Source: Lama glama
Taxonomy: Eukaryota
Assembly: GCA_028534125.1 (NCBI GenBank)
Contig: CM052818.1
Span: forward strand, 13,642,001 to 13,706,000
Length of the DNA stretch: 64,000 nucleotides
Direction: 5' to 3'
A program made the position numbers and the translations under genes. How positions within the stretch are numbered: the stretch's first letter is position 1; every line of letters starts with the position of its first letter. Under the pieces are notes generated by a model that was given only the letters and a program-made list of their open reading frames with translations, was not told where the DNA came from and searched no databases. This document shows, piece by piece, positions 44,661-58,699 of the stretch.

Positions 44661-45841
44661 ATCATAAGTAAACTATTTCTTGTCCTGCCCTAAAAAGAGG
44701 TGATGTTTTAGGTGTATCACTTCTGTCTACACTTGTTTAGTTTTACATTATCATACATTTATACCTTATGTGGCCTATTTCTGTTTTATTTTCAGACAAT
44801 ATTTAGAACCTGTTTCAACAGGCACAGCTTCTTTTAATGACTTCCATCCGTGAACAGAGGGTTGAAATGAGAAACTGACTTACAAAATCAGAAACCTTGG
44901 TTTTTAAAAGATGTGGCTAGTGGTGTCTGTAGAATAAAAGTTAAAAGATCAACAAACATAAAAATAAGGGATTGAAATTACGGTATTTTTGTTCCATAAA
45001 AGTTTTCATAGTAAAATTGCTAAATTTGTTTAGCTTTATTTAGCTAGGGTAAAGACTAGTTAAAGGGAAATTTCTTTCCGGTTTTCTAAAATGTGAAAAG
45101 CCAAATTATGCTGCTTATCTGTTACTCTGTCTTTCTTTTACAAGTACAGTCTGATCTGTCATAGTAGTACATGGTTATCAAAGGCAAAACAGCTCATAAG
45201 CAATTTGTAAACAAGGAAATGATGTTACTGTAATCTGGAGGTGGTTTTGGTCACAGATGATTTTCCCAAGGCAGAAAGAACTGGAATAGTGGGAGTGAAA
45301 CTGTATTCTTACCAGAAAAGTACAAAACCTTAAGCTCTCCTGTTATACTGGTAGCAGGAACCCCTGTGGCTGTATTTTCAGAAAACTTTAAAAATCTACC
45401 TTGGAAGTTCCCCCTACTCCCTTTCTCACCCCATCCCCCAGAGAGATAAGACAGTCTTGGCTCTTGGCAGGCTGCACCATCCCTGTGACCCCTTAATGAC
45501 AGTCCTTTACTGATTTTGAGCTGCCTTCACTGCATTGTCTCCACATCCATCAGCACTACTCTAAGTACTGCCAGCATTTGCATTGTATGGTTTTGTATAT
45601 TTTTTAATCCCTCTGCCTTGGAGCTGTCTGCCTACCAATTACTGGGGCTTCTGTTAGCTCTCTGCTGCATAAGTTGTACAAGTTTGAGTGGTCTTTCCCT
45701 AACTGTTTTTCTCAGAGCCCAACTATTTTTAGTGCAGTTTTGCTTTTTACTTTAGAAGAACATATACATTGCTTCTTGTAAAAATACCTGTATAATAATT
45801 AATACTAGTAAGATTATTAACTTATTCCATTTATTGTTTAA

Positions 45842-46027
<186 letters not shown>

Positions 46028-47732
46028 TAAAAGATTCTTAGTAAATTAAAATAATTAATATGTTTAGTGATGTTTAAGTATTTTAAACTGTAAATCAGCT
46101 ATACTACAATTTTAAAAAATTTTAGTTGTGAAATTCAGTGTAGTGTTTTAAACCACATTTACTCTATATTTTTCTCATTTCCTTTTTTTTTTGCCAAATG
46201 TTTCAGGATACTTAGCATATGTAGATATTTCAATCAAGCATGTTATCTCTGTGACCTATTGTAGAGTTAGTGATAAAAATGAATAGAAAGGTTTCTATAA
46301 TTCCCTTGGTAGACATTAATATATAAGATGCATGAAAGTTATGACATCATGGAATTTTAAGTGGAAGAGACCAGGAAGTTAGGTGGACTACTGCAATTGC
46401 CTTATTTTATAGATGAGGGTCTTAAGATACCCAGAGTGATTAACTGACCTGTTTAAGGATATACATTTGATTAGGAGCACAGTCAGAACTTGAAGATATA
46501 TTGCAACTCTGTCTCGGGCAACAAAAGATTTGTCATAATGAGATCTGGAGAGAGCTCAGTGTGAATAAAGGGGTAAGACAGATAATCAAAGAACCAGTAC
46601 AATAAATTTACCCTCTCCCACATACTGAAAGATTCCACTGGGGGGGAAATGGCTACATGGTTAGAAAGAACTTGAAAAAAGAAAGTCAAAGCTAGAAATT
46701 CATTCTCTTGTTTTGTTTCTTACAAATCAGATTTGTACTGATGACACTGTTTTGATATAAAGATTATTTGGCCAATTAGATTGTTTTTCCTAGAGTAGTC
46801 ACTTATCCATAGTATGGTTTTCAAAATGGATGAAGAGGCTAGAGGTATTGTCTTTAGCCTTAAGAGAAAAATGAACAAACTTAACGCCCTTACCAGGTGT
46901 CTGAACCCAGGTTTACAATGTACTGTTCTATGAATTAGAGATTAACTTAAAATTTTTTTCCATTAAAATTTTTGGTGAGATACTGATATAATGAATTGTA
47001 GGGTTCACAACCCCATTCCTGTTCCTATGGTTGAATATATTTTTTGAAAATAATTTTGAGTGCTTGATAAATGTAATTGAATCCCAAAAGTTATCTTTTT
47101 GTTTCAGTATATAACACAGAACCATTTTACCTAGGTTTCTGATTTTTCTTCTTTGCATATTTTTTGTAGACATGTCCAGGGGAACTAAAGACCTAAAAAT
47201 CTTTAAGCAATCAGATTATGGTTTATCTTTTAAAGAAGTGGCATGTATACTTATTACTAGTATTGAAGTCCTGAATCATACCTTAATTACTTTTAATAAT
47301 GAGCCTGCTTTGCACCCATGCATTTGCAGTGATCACTTGGAATATAGAGGATATGACTATTGATTTACTTCACAAAAATGTATACAATTAGAGAACTGCT
47401 GAAATAGGAAAAATTCTAGTTGTTTTATCAGATATGTATGTGTGATATAATCAGAGGAATCTATGGTTATTTTTTAGGTAAGGCTTATCCCATTTTGATG
47501 GTTAAACAAGGAGTCATTAAGTAATTAATACCTTTCACTGTTTGTTGAAAATATAATTTCAACATCTACTTTCTGACTAGTAATAATGTGCTCTTGATCA
47601 GACCATCAATCCTCTCTCATAGCCTCAATTTTCCTTTGTAAAATAGATATAATAAAACCTATGTCACAGAATTGTTTTAAGAATCAAGTGAAATTGTATG
47701 TGAAAGTGCTTTTTAAATAGTAAAATGTTGTT

Positions 47733-47861
47733 GGGGAGGGTATGCTCAATGGTAGAGTGTGTGCTTAGCCTGCATGAGATCCCGGGTTCAATCCCCAGTA
47801 TCTCCATTTTTTTTTAAGTTTTTTAAATAAAATAAGTAAAATTTAAAAAAATTTTTTAAGA
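47733..47861 (+). mobile_element. tRNA-derived SINE (camelid Vic-1-like) inserted at the end of a MIR
   Basis: GGGGAGGGTATGCTCAATGGTAGAG...GGGTTCAATCCCCAGTATCTCC; AAATAGTAAA repeated on both sides (47716 and 47862). Confidence 0.85.
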
Positions 47862-48136
47862 AAATAGTAAAGTGCTATTATGTAAATGCAAAAATAAACA
47901 AGAGACATAAACTAAATCCATTTACTTTTCAAATGTTCTTTATAGTCTCCCAGAAGGGCTTCAGTGAATTGCTTCTCCTTTTTTCCAAGTTTGTTGTGAA
48001 GTCCTGGCTCATACATAAACTAAGACATTTATTTTTGGAAGATGATTTAGAAAAAACCTTTTTTTGATTAGCTTTGGAAATATTTTTTGAAGTTTTTTTT
48101 AAGTTTTTTTTCTAACAAGCATTGTATTATATTTGA

Positions 48137-48325
<189 letters not shown>

Positions 48326-48689
48326 TAGCCTATAAAGTTCTGTCCAAAATCTTGTAGAGTTTGATCTTACATATGAAATTTACCCAGGAATTTTCTTTCC
48401 ATCATTAGATAGTTCAGGATTGTGAGGCGAGTAATAATTCTCACTACCCTGAATCTTTTATATGAAAAATTACTGCTCCATATCATAACTCTATAAATTT
48501 TTAGTTTAGTACACAGATATCCTTGAAGTTTTCCCTGCTTACATTTTATATCACAACTGAGATGATTATGATATGTTGTACTCAGTTAAAATTACTTCAG
48601 TTCCTCTTGGTTATACATATTTATTCTCAGATTTAATCTGGTCAGGAACTTGAAATCATTACTCAATATTTGTGATATATTTCTTACAG

Positions 48690-48874
48690 TGTACCATCTA
48701 TATTACGTAGTAACAGATTTCGCAGAGATGCAAAAGCCTTGGAAGAGGATGAAGAAATGTGGTTTAATGAAGATGAAGAGGAGGAAGGAAAAACAGTTGT
48801 GGCGCCAGTGGAAAAATCTAAGCCAGAAGATGATTTTCCAGATAGTTATGAAAAATTCATGGAGACCAAAAAAG
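48690..48874 (+). CDS. PPP4R3B: PPP4R3B coding exon 14
   Basis: tacag|(S)VPSILRSNRFRRDAKALEEDEEMWFNEDEEEEGKTVVAP...FMETKK G|gtattc. Confidence 0.96.
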
Positions 48875-50304
48875 GTATTCAGTTTTTTAATTTTTGATCA
48901 GTTCTCTTATTTAGTACAGAAATTATTCATTTGCTTGTGAAGTTGTGATCATACTTCATATGAAAGACATGAATTTTCTGCTTTGCTGAATCAAAACCTT
49001 TTAAAATCATGAACTTTTTTTAAATCTGATTTTTAAAAACATTTCATGTTTAAAATATTTTTCTTGAAACTTGCCACTTTGTGATAATTTTCATTTGCTG
49101 TTTAGAAATTGCATGGTCTATTTATACTTTGTCTTCAGTGAACAGTCTTGGTTTTATTTCTATACAAATCTCTAATAATAATAGAGATCATATAGATCCA
49201 TAGAAACTCTTTAGAGCACTCATCATTTACAGCTGAAGAAACGTTTGCCTCAAAGTAAATTTGCTCTTTAAAATTTTTTTAAATTATTACTAAAGTTTCA
49301 GAAAGATAAAATCAAGAGAGGAAAAGTAAAGATAAAATTCATGTCTTTCAAATATGTTTAACTTGTTTGTGGAACTAAGGTCTTACTGGTATTTTTCAAA
49401 AGAACTAATCACTTTAATTCTATGGCCTGAGAAATCACCATTATTGGAGTACTGTCCTGCATACATCATTTAAATGTCTCATAAAAACATCTCTTGAAAG
49501 GCAAAATCATTTCCTTGACTTTATGTAAGTTTGTGATTTTGAATGTGAGGATTTTTAAAGGTATTTCTCATTAGATAGTGTTTCATTTATTTCTCGTTAC
49601 ATTTTCCCTGAAACTTGTTCCCAGCCTCACTCATTTCCCACTCATTGATGTCATAAGTTCTATTTGCTTCAGCCTGAGGGAGCAACTTGCCTATTAAAAT
49701 TTCCTAGACCTTTTGGTAGCCAAATTCTTCTACCTTTACTTATTACAGTAAGGAGGCAGTGAGGCCATACTTGAAGTACTGCATCCAGTTAAGAGTCATA
49801 TACAAAAATAGGAGCAGCCAGATATTAAAGGATAGAAGACATCCATGTCATAAAGGAAATAATTAAAGGCACCTGGAATATTCAGAAAATAATGGCTGAT
49901 AGACATGATCATAATCATTTTCTTTAGGCATTTGAAATATTGACTTGTGGGAGAGATTATTAGGTTTTCACAAGGAGTATGGAAGTACCGAGTTAGTAAG
50001 TGGAAGCTGCAGAGAGACAATAAAAGGAAGAATTAGACAGCTGATGAGTCCTTGGAAGAGTCCTGGTGATAGCAGTGTGGAGTCCTAGCATGGGAAGGCT
50101 ACATCTGATATATGACTCTTAAGGTCCTTTCTAATCCTGAGATTTTTTAAGACTCCAGCTAATAAGGAGTTACCACTGTACACATCATGTTCTACCCTTT
50201 TAGCTCTTGTGCAAAAGCAGTGTTTTGTAAGTTTTTAAATTATTGTTCTTTTCAGATTTAGCAATATTTATTGATAAAGATTCAAATTTTTACATTTGCT
50301 TTAG

Positions 50305-50507
50305 CAAAAGAAAGTGAAGACAAGGAAAATCTTCCCAAAAGGACATCTTCTGGTGGCTTCAAATTTACTTTCTCCCACTCCGCCAGTGCTGCTAATGGAA
50401 CAAACAGTGCAAACAGCAAATCTGTAGTGGCTCAGACACCACCAGCAAGTTCTAATGGATCCTCTTCCAAAACAACAAACTTGGCTACGTCAGTAACAGC
50501 CACCAAG
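50305..50507 (+). CDS. PPP4R3B: PPP4R3B coding exon 15
   Basis: tttag|(A)KESEDKENLPKRTSSGGFKFTFSHS...SVTATK|gtatgt. Confidence 0.96.
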
Positions 50508-51844
50508 GTATGTGAGACTACTCTACACACACACTTTGGTTTTTCCATCTGTAAAATTATTTCATGTTTCCTGAAGAAAATTTGGATAATAAAAATAATT
50601 GCAAAGAAGAAAAAAATTGCACACATTGTCATCAGAGAACATTACTGCTGACATCTGATTGATTTTTCTTCAGGTTTATGGATTTATCTGACACATAATT
50701 GAGGTTTTTTTATAAACAGTTTTGTATCCTGCTTTTATTGTTCTGTGTTAATTAAAAGATTGTTGATGACTACAGAATTTCATTTTTTTTAGCTGTATTA
50801 TTTTCAATATTTGTAAGCATCCCCTCCCCCCACGAATATTTTAGAGCACATAAGTTAATTCTGATATTTCACTGACTACTAGTATTGTTGGATTTTAAAT
50901 TATTTTCTTGGATAGATGAGTGGAAGAATGTTTTCACACATATTGTCAAATTCTTCTCCAGAAAGGCTACATCAGTTAATGTTACCATAAGCATTGTGTG
51001 AGTAGGCTTGGCTCACTGCAACTTTGCCAATATTATAATTATTTTTAATCTTTAGCAGTTAGATAGAGGAGACAGCATGTATCTCATTCAATTCAGTTGT
51101 GTCCTTTGTTAGTAGTAGGGTTGAATATTAGCCTTCTGAATGTGGTCTTGTAAATTGTATGTTCATAGTCTTGCCTTTTTAAATTGGTTTATGTTTTTTT
51201 AATATGAATGAGTCTTCAGTTAAGAATATTAACCTTTTGTCATTCACTTAGCAAATGTATGTTCCATTGGTTACTTTTTTTATATAACAAGTTTAAATTT
51301 TATATGAAACTTTTTCTTTCATTTACACTGTTATTGTATGTTTTAGATATTTTCTTTAACATGATATATATAGCTGGTACCAAAAGCTAGCTTTATACTT
51401 AAGGAAGATATATTAGAAGCATTCACACCAAAGTCAGGAACAAGACAGGATGCCGCTATCACTACTGTTATTTAACCATTGTTCTGGGGAATTGGCCAGT
51501 GCAATTAGGTGAGATAAAGAAAAGTTACAAAAATTAGAAGATATAAAAGCTATCACTTTTGCTGATGATTAAAAAACCTTTTAATCATGTTTGAAGAAGA
51601 CTTATGTTTTCTTTATTTCATTGAGTAGAAGATAATTCTTGAACTCTATCTCCTTAGATTTGTTAATATGATGAAATTATATTAAGTTTTATAACTTATA
51701 ATTTGTTCATTTGGTTCAGGGGGAAAAAAGTCGTTTCTTCATAGGTTTTTTTAATTGGGATCATTTGTTTTGATCCCTTCTTTTATATTGGATATGTTCT
51801 CAAGTGTCTAGTGATGCTTGGATTTTCTTTCATATTAAAAAGTA

Positions 51845-53080
51845 AGGTAGATTTTCGGCAAGAATGCCAAGACAATTCACTGAGGTAAAGAGTAATCTTT
51901 TCAAAAAATGGTGTTAGGAAAATTGTGTATCTGCATTCAAAAGAATGAAGTTGGACCCTGCCTCTCACCATGTTAGAGAACTTAGCTCAAAATAGATAGA
52001 AGATTTAAATGTAAGAAATAAAACTATAAAACTCTTAAGAAAAAATACAGGCAGAAATATTCATGGCCTCAAATTAGACTGATTTCTTAGATATAACACA
52101 AGCACAAGTGTTACAAAAGAAAACAATAGATAAATTAGACTTTATCAAAATTAAAAACTTGTGCTTCAAAGGACACTATCATAAAGTGAGAAGACAACCC
52201 ACAGAATGGGAGAAAGTGTATCTGGTAAGAAACAACACAACCTGGTTTTAAAATGGGCATTTGAATAGATACTTCTCCAAAGAGGATATACAAAATGGAC
52301 CACATAAGCACATGACACAATGGTCACAGTCATTAGTTAGGAAAATGCAAATCAGAACCACAGTGAGATTATACTCCACACCCACTAGGATAGCTATAAT
52401 AAAACACATGGACCGAAAAACAAGTGTTGGTGAGAAATTGCAACCCTCATATGTTGTTGGGAATGTGAAATGGTGCAGCAGCATTGGAATAGTCTGGCAG
52501 TTCCCCCCAAAAGTTAAATTCCAGTCCTGGGTATATACCCAAGAGAACTGAAAACACATATGTCCACACTAAAACGTGTACGTGAATATTAATAGCATTA
52601 TTCATAATAGCCAAAAAATGGGAACAACCCAAATGTCCACCAACTGGTGAACTGATAAATAAAATGTGATAAATACGTAACAATATTATTTGACCATAAA
52701 AAGGGAAAGGATTTAAGTACTGATAAATGCTACAACATAGATGAACCCTGAAAACATGCCGAGTGAAATAAGCCAGACACTAAAGGCCACATATTGTATG
52801 CTTCCATTCATAAGGACTGTCCGCAGTAAGCAACTCATAGAAACAAAGTAGGTTTGTGGTTGCCAAGAACTGGGAGGAGGGAAGAATGAGGAGTGACTTA
52901 GTGAGTGTGGAGGATGTTTTTGGTTGGAGGGGAGGAGTTTTTGATGAAAATATTCTGGAATTGGTGGTAGTCACACAACTTTGTGAATATACTAAAACCA
53001 CACTGAATTGTACACTTTACAAGGGTGAACTTTATGGTATGTGAATTATGTCTCAATTTTTTAAGGCAGTTAAAAAACAA
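51845..53080 (+). mobile_element. L1 (L1MB-like) ORF2 3' end and 3' UTR, 5'-truncated and degenerate
   Basis: Remnant ORF2 peptide (LNRYFSKEDIQ...KMQIRTTVRLYSTPTRIAIIK); GGAACAACCCAAATGTCCA; ends TGTGAATTATGTCTCAAT plus A-rich tail. Confidence 0.85.
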
Positions 53081-54389
53081 CAAGCAGGGCCTGTTAGTGT
53101 GGACTTCCTATATAAAGGACTAGAACACATGCTCTGCTGTTTTCAGGGAGTGTTAGTAGTTTGGGTATGTTTTGTTGTTGTTGTTGTTCGTTTGTCTTTT
53201 TCTTGTGGAGCCACCTAGCTTTTACAGACGTAGCTAGTCAGCTACACCTGGCAAGTTCGAAGAGCCTGGAGCTTAGAGTGAGGGTGTTTCAGCTCAATAT
53301 GCAGAATTTATTCTTTCCTTTTCAGCCCAGCGCCTTACCTCTGCCCTTCACTGTGCCTGCAGTCCTAAGTGCAGACCCTTTTCGGTTCTTTTTGTTTATG
53401 GTTGGTAGTGGTGGAGGAGCAGGGATCTCCTAGTGGAGGTGGGCGTGGGGTAGGGGAATGAATTATAGAATTGAGGACTCAGTTTCTGTTTCACTTACTT
53501 GACTGTCAGCTGTCTTCCTTGCTTCCCCGCAGTATTTTGGTGCCCTAACTTCCTAGTCCTTCCTGGGGCTAAGACAAATCAGTTTGATTCTCATTTCACC
53601 CCCCCTGCAAATACTTCATTCTTTATTCTCTTTTAAAAATGAAGTATCTTGCCTCTGATATCTCTTCTTCCAAAAATGCCTTGACAGTTTTCATATGCTG
53701 TTTTCTCCTTTCCTGTTTTGTCTTTGTTGGTATATATTCAGAAACAAAAATTTTTAAAGAGAATACAATCCCTGGGAAAGCAATCTTAGTGTCCAACAAG
53801 GAATTTAACTCTTTGACGGTGTAGCCATACCATGGAATACTAGAATTTAAAAGAATAAAATAGAATGTTGTATACTAACATTGAAAGCTGATATTTGTTT
53901 AAAAACAATACATTTGTACTTGTATATTAAAAGTCTGGAACCTGTCAAATTCTTCACAGTGTGCATCTCTGGATTTACAGTCCCTTTTACTTCCAGTATT
54001 TCATATTTTGTATTTTTAATCTTTGTATGGTAAACATGATTTTTTAAATGTCTAATATGAGTTTATGATTTTATATGTATAGTTAATAGAGGTAAAATTA
54101 AAGATTAAATTGTAGAGCTGAGTGTTTCAGATAGAATATCTGACCTAACCCTATGCAAAAAATTATTTTAAATCTTAACCATTTGGAACAGAAATGTTTG
54201 TACATTATGATACATAATCCTAAACAGAATTAAAACTTTCCTCAATACCTTGCATTCATCTGTGTGAATATCAGACTGGCACCTTTTTATACTGTAATTA
54301 AGGCTTCTACCTCCTCTCACCCAATTTGTTTGATTTAGAAATCAAATAACAAATAATAATGATATTAGTAATAGCAACTAATAGTAATC

Positions 54390-54625
54390 ACTGAATAGTA
54401 ACTACTTATCAAGCACTGTGCCATGTGCTTTACATGTTTTGTTTTTAATATTCAGAAAAGTCCAATCATGTCTAAATATTACTGTTATACCAACTTTACA
54501 GATAAGGAAACTGAGGTACAGAGATGTAAAATCACTTGCCCAAGGTCATGCACCTAAAAAGTGGTGCCATTGGAATTTGAAGTTAGGCAGTCAGACTCTA
54601 GTCAATATATTCTTAATAATTTAGC
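54390..54625 (-). mobile_element. MIR SINE
   Basis: TTTACAGATAAGGAAACTGAGGTACAGAGATGTAAAATCACTTGCCCAAGGTCA. Confidence 0.8.
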
Positions 54626-55657
54626 CATACTTCCTCTTACTTATCAAACTTAATATTGTGTATTGTGTGTTATTAAGCTGAAAAGCAGCAGCAGGATTCT
54701 CATGTAAGTATTTAAGTTTTATTTGGTTCACTGACTTTCTGGTAACTTGTTTCTAGCTGCTCAGAGCACTTCATTGATTAATATTACAGTGTTTTGGTTA
54801 TATTCTGGTAAAGTGTTAATGCCAGATGCTTGCATTCTTTAGGTATGAAGCTGCTACTTAGGTTTGAAATATGACTTATTTGGTTGTATTTGCTTATTCC
54901 CTAGATACAGTGTTTACAGTAGCTCTCTTAACCTGTAGGACATGTGTATAAATTTCATGGGATTGACTCAAATAAATGCAAACCTGAGGACATACAATTT
55001 TCTGGATAAAATGTCCAGAGCTTTAAGAGGATTTTCACAGGGGTCTATTACTAACAACACCTGAAATACCTCATCCTTTCTTTTCTTTTGGTTAGAGAGA
55101 GCTAGCCCTAAACTTTTTAGTCATTAGTTTTTAGGAACCATTTCATGTGTCTCTTATCGTCAGCCATTTTAAACTATTCCTCAAAAGCAGAATAAGAACA
55201 ATGATGTGACTTAGTGATGAAATATATACATGGGGAATGGAGATAAAAGGAGACTTCTTGCCACTGACTGGCTGTCCTCTCTAGTTTAATGTTAGAGAAA
55301 TGAACTAGTTCATCTCCAAGGTCCTTCCAGCTCCAGGTTTCATGATTCCTTGTGTGTTCTACCGTTTGGAGATAGCTATTTGAACACAGTGAAATTTTGC
55401 TGAATTGAATTGTGAGGTATCATTAAAAATCCAAGAACCAAGTGAAAAAACAGGGTAACTAAGAGTGCCATCGACTGAACGTACCAACTGTTCATAATTT
55501 CAAGCAGTTCCTTTATCAAATTCAAATATATCTGTTAAAGATGTGTGTGGTTAGTTTAGAAAATTGATTTCTAATATCTATAAAAGTGACTACATTTGTA
55601 CTAATAAGCTTTTTTTTTAAGTTACATATGTTAAAAATTTTTTTTATTCTTCAATAG

Positions 55658-55753
55658 GGAAGTTTGGTTGGTTTAGTGGATTATCCAGATGATGAGGAGG
55701 AAGAGGAAGAAGAAGAAACATCTCCCAGGAAAAGACCTCGTCTTGGCTCATAA
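55658..55753 (+). CDS. PPP4R3B: PPP4R3B coding exon 16 (last)
   Basis: aatag|GSLVGLVDYPDDEEEEEEEETSPRKRPRLGS TAA. Confidence 0.97.
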   Translation, partial: GSLVGLVDYPDDEEEEEEEETSPRKRPRLGS

Positions 55754-57300
55754 AATATTTACTGGAGACCCTCAACATGTGGTCTTTATAAAATGCTGCA
55801 ACTGTTCAATGAGCTGAAAATCTGAATCAGAAAGCTTTCTCACTTGAACTTATAAATATACAAGGAGTAGCAAAAGACACTCAGTATATCAGCTAGGAGA
55901 ATTTAGTTCTGTAAAGAAACAGGCTTCCCAGGAACTTGATCGCTTGCTAGTAATTAAGGGGTTTGCCTTTTAGGCTGTCAAAAAAAAAAAAAAAAAGGGT
56001 TAGTAACCAGAACCTGGGAAATAGCTTCTTAGTAAGGAAACTCTCAGGTTTTGGGACGGTTTGAGGGAGGGACAAAGTTGGTAAAATACTATTAATGCAG
56101 GGTTGCTCCAGGGGGTTTTCCAATCTAGAAACAATTATAAAACTTAAGTTGCAAACCCAACAACATTACTTGTATAATGGTGCTGGCCATGTTGTTCTTT
56201 TAATCAGTTGCCTCTTTTTAAAAGAAATTTTTATGGAAAGCAAATTCAACTATCATAAAAAATGAAGTTAAGCTGTGGGACCATTTATTTGAAGATTTAA
56301 CAAAAATTCAGCCTTATTGGCAGTTGGAGGAAAATACACCCTGTATTACAGCACATACTGAGTTTTCTACACTAGGAATTTTTAGTATGTATTTTGATGA
56401 AAAACAAGCTGGATTCAAAATGGACAGTTTTGTTAATACAGCTTTAAAATCAGCATTTTTAGAGATAACAGATGCGAAGGATCAGTACGGTAGTATTCCA
56501 AAGTGATTCTAGAAATGGGAATGGACTGAACAGAATGTTTCAACTGCCAACCAGTACAATCTTTCATGGAAGGTACTTTGAAGTCACTTTCTGCTTTCTT
56601 TGTAAAGTTGTTTCTCCCACTGCAGAGCTGCAGGCAAGTTTTCAAATGTAATTTATAAAGAAGAATATACAAAGAATAGTGCTGAATTAAGTGGCATTCA
56701 ATATCTAGAGGCCATTTTGACCCAAGAAGTTACTTCAGTGTCAAAGTCAGTGTGCAGCACATGAAGCTTTTCCATAAATAAACAAGGGTGTAAGATGAAA
56801 GCTGCTTTTTTTTTAAAGAATAAAAGCACATTCCATGTACGTAAATGAATTTAAAGTAATAAATTGAGGCAAACAGTTAAGAGGTTTTATTTTTAGAACA
56901 GCAAGTTAACTGTAAATATTTTAATGTTAGTTTGCTCATCTATGATCTGAGATCATGCTGAAGGGAGAAAAACGTCCCCCAAACTACAATTTAATGCATT
57001 GGGAGAAAAAAAATACTAAAAATAGTAATTCCAGCTACAGTCTTCAGATCACCCTTGTAATGTGTTATGGGTCCATTTTTCCTGGAATAGCTTAAACTGA
57101 AGCAGTTTCCCCTGTTTTGGAGATTTTGTAGTTAATTTTAATTTTGGCTATTGTTTGGAAAAGATGGGCTGTCTGTGTAGATATGAAGTATAGTTTTTCC
57201 ATAAAACAGATGTTTATTTTGTATTAAAAATACCACTGTACTTGTTTTACACCATTTGTATACATGTGGTGATATTAATGCTGAACTGTAAAATTCAGGA

Positions 57301-57355
57301 ATTAAAATGTGACCCTGTAATTCTATGGTTGTTGCTTTTGTTTGGTTTGTTGTAA
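57301..57355 (+). terminator. PPP4R3B: Likely PPP4R3B polyadenylation signal (ATTAAA) with GU-rich downstream element
   Basis: ATTAAA at 57301, several TGTA motifs upstream, and GGTTGTTGCTTTTGTTTGGTTTGTTGT about 20 nt downstream. Confidence 0.7.
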
Positions 57356-58699
57356 ATATAATTCCATTTTGAGATATGTCCATTTTATAGTGTCTTTTAA
57401 AAGCCAGTACGTTATCCATAGATAATTATAAACCACTCTGTCATACACCAATCTGAATGAAAGCATTCTAAACAAACAAGGGTCAACTGCACTTTAAAAA
57501 TCACTGACTCTACTTATAGGTGTGCCTTAGGCAAATAAAACCCCCACCAAAGCATCACAGCTTGGGGCTATTATCACCTCTTTGATTAAAGTTACATACA
57601 ATGAAAAAAGACTCTCCACCTCATAAAGGCAGGTGACTCAGGATAATTTAAACCAAGATCAGTAAAGTTACCATATGAATACATTTTCTTTCAAGGAAAT
57701 TTTATCAAGCCCCCTTCACTCTTCTTAGCTATTATTAAATTTCCTCTTGTAATCTAAGAAGCCCTGACCTAAAGCGTTTCCCTATTTACTTCTTGACTCT
57801 TCCTGATTAAGTAATGTAAGTTTCAGTGGGAAGTGTTATTTTTATGTATCTTACTAAGTTCCTTTAATTTTTCCTTTCTCAAGAACTGCCACAAGTCTTA
57901 AACATTTAAATTATAATCATCATAGGAACCTTTTCTTATAGTAGAAATGTGAATGTTTTGTTGAATTATAGGATAACTTTTCATGGTACAGATGCTCACC
58001 CACAATGATACGAGAACAAGACATAAAATGTCCCTTGAAAGAATAACTCAACATTCCACATGTTAGCTACTGTCTTGAATGACTAACCTCAAGCAGATCA
58101 AGATTTTTTTATCTTTATCTTCACTCAGTGAAGCAAGCCAGAGCCCACATTTGTATGCCTGAGGTTTTCTTAAAATTTTATCTGTAAACATGTATCCAAT
58201 ATAAAAATTATTTTTAATAAAAAGTTATCTGAAACAGATGTCTGTGTTTTAGTCACTAGTTTTTCCTCTTGTCCAGCTAAGTGATGAAAATATGACAAAA
58301 GTAATACTGGGTTTTCTCTTCAGGTTGAAGGTTGGAACTAAAGTAACTTTGTATAACTGTAGGTATAAGGAGATAATTATAACTTAAAATTCAGAAATGG
58401 TCCATAGCTAGAAAAGAGGGTGCTTATGGGATGACACAACAGGAAGTTTTCTTTCCAATTCTGGTTACCTTTTAGTAAATGGACTACAGAAAACCATCCA
58501 AAATCACCTTATATACAAAAGACCGACACCCATGGCAGCATTCCCCTCAATGGACTCAGTTGACTGTTCCTTATCTGTTTTAATGGTAGCGTTTCTGGAA
58601 AGAGTAATGGAGTAATTTAACATCCCCCACATCTATTTTCAAAGTCCTGTTTGTTCCTCCCTCAAATGTAGGATGCTAAAATATATCTTACCAGTGCGC

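Noticed and set aside
52135..53083. Cluster of ORFs on both strands
   Set aside because: Fragments of a degenerate L1 ORF2 and 3' UTR.
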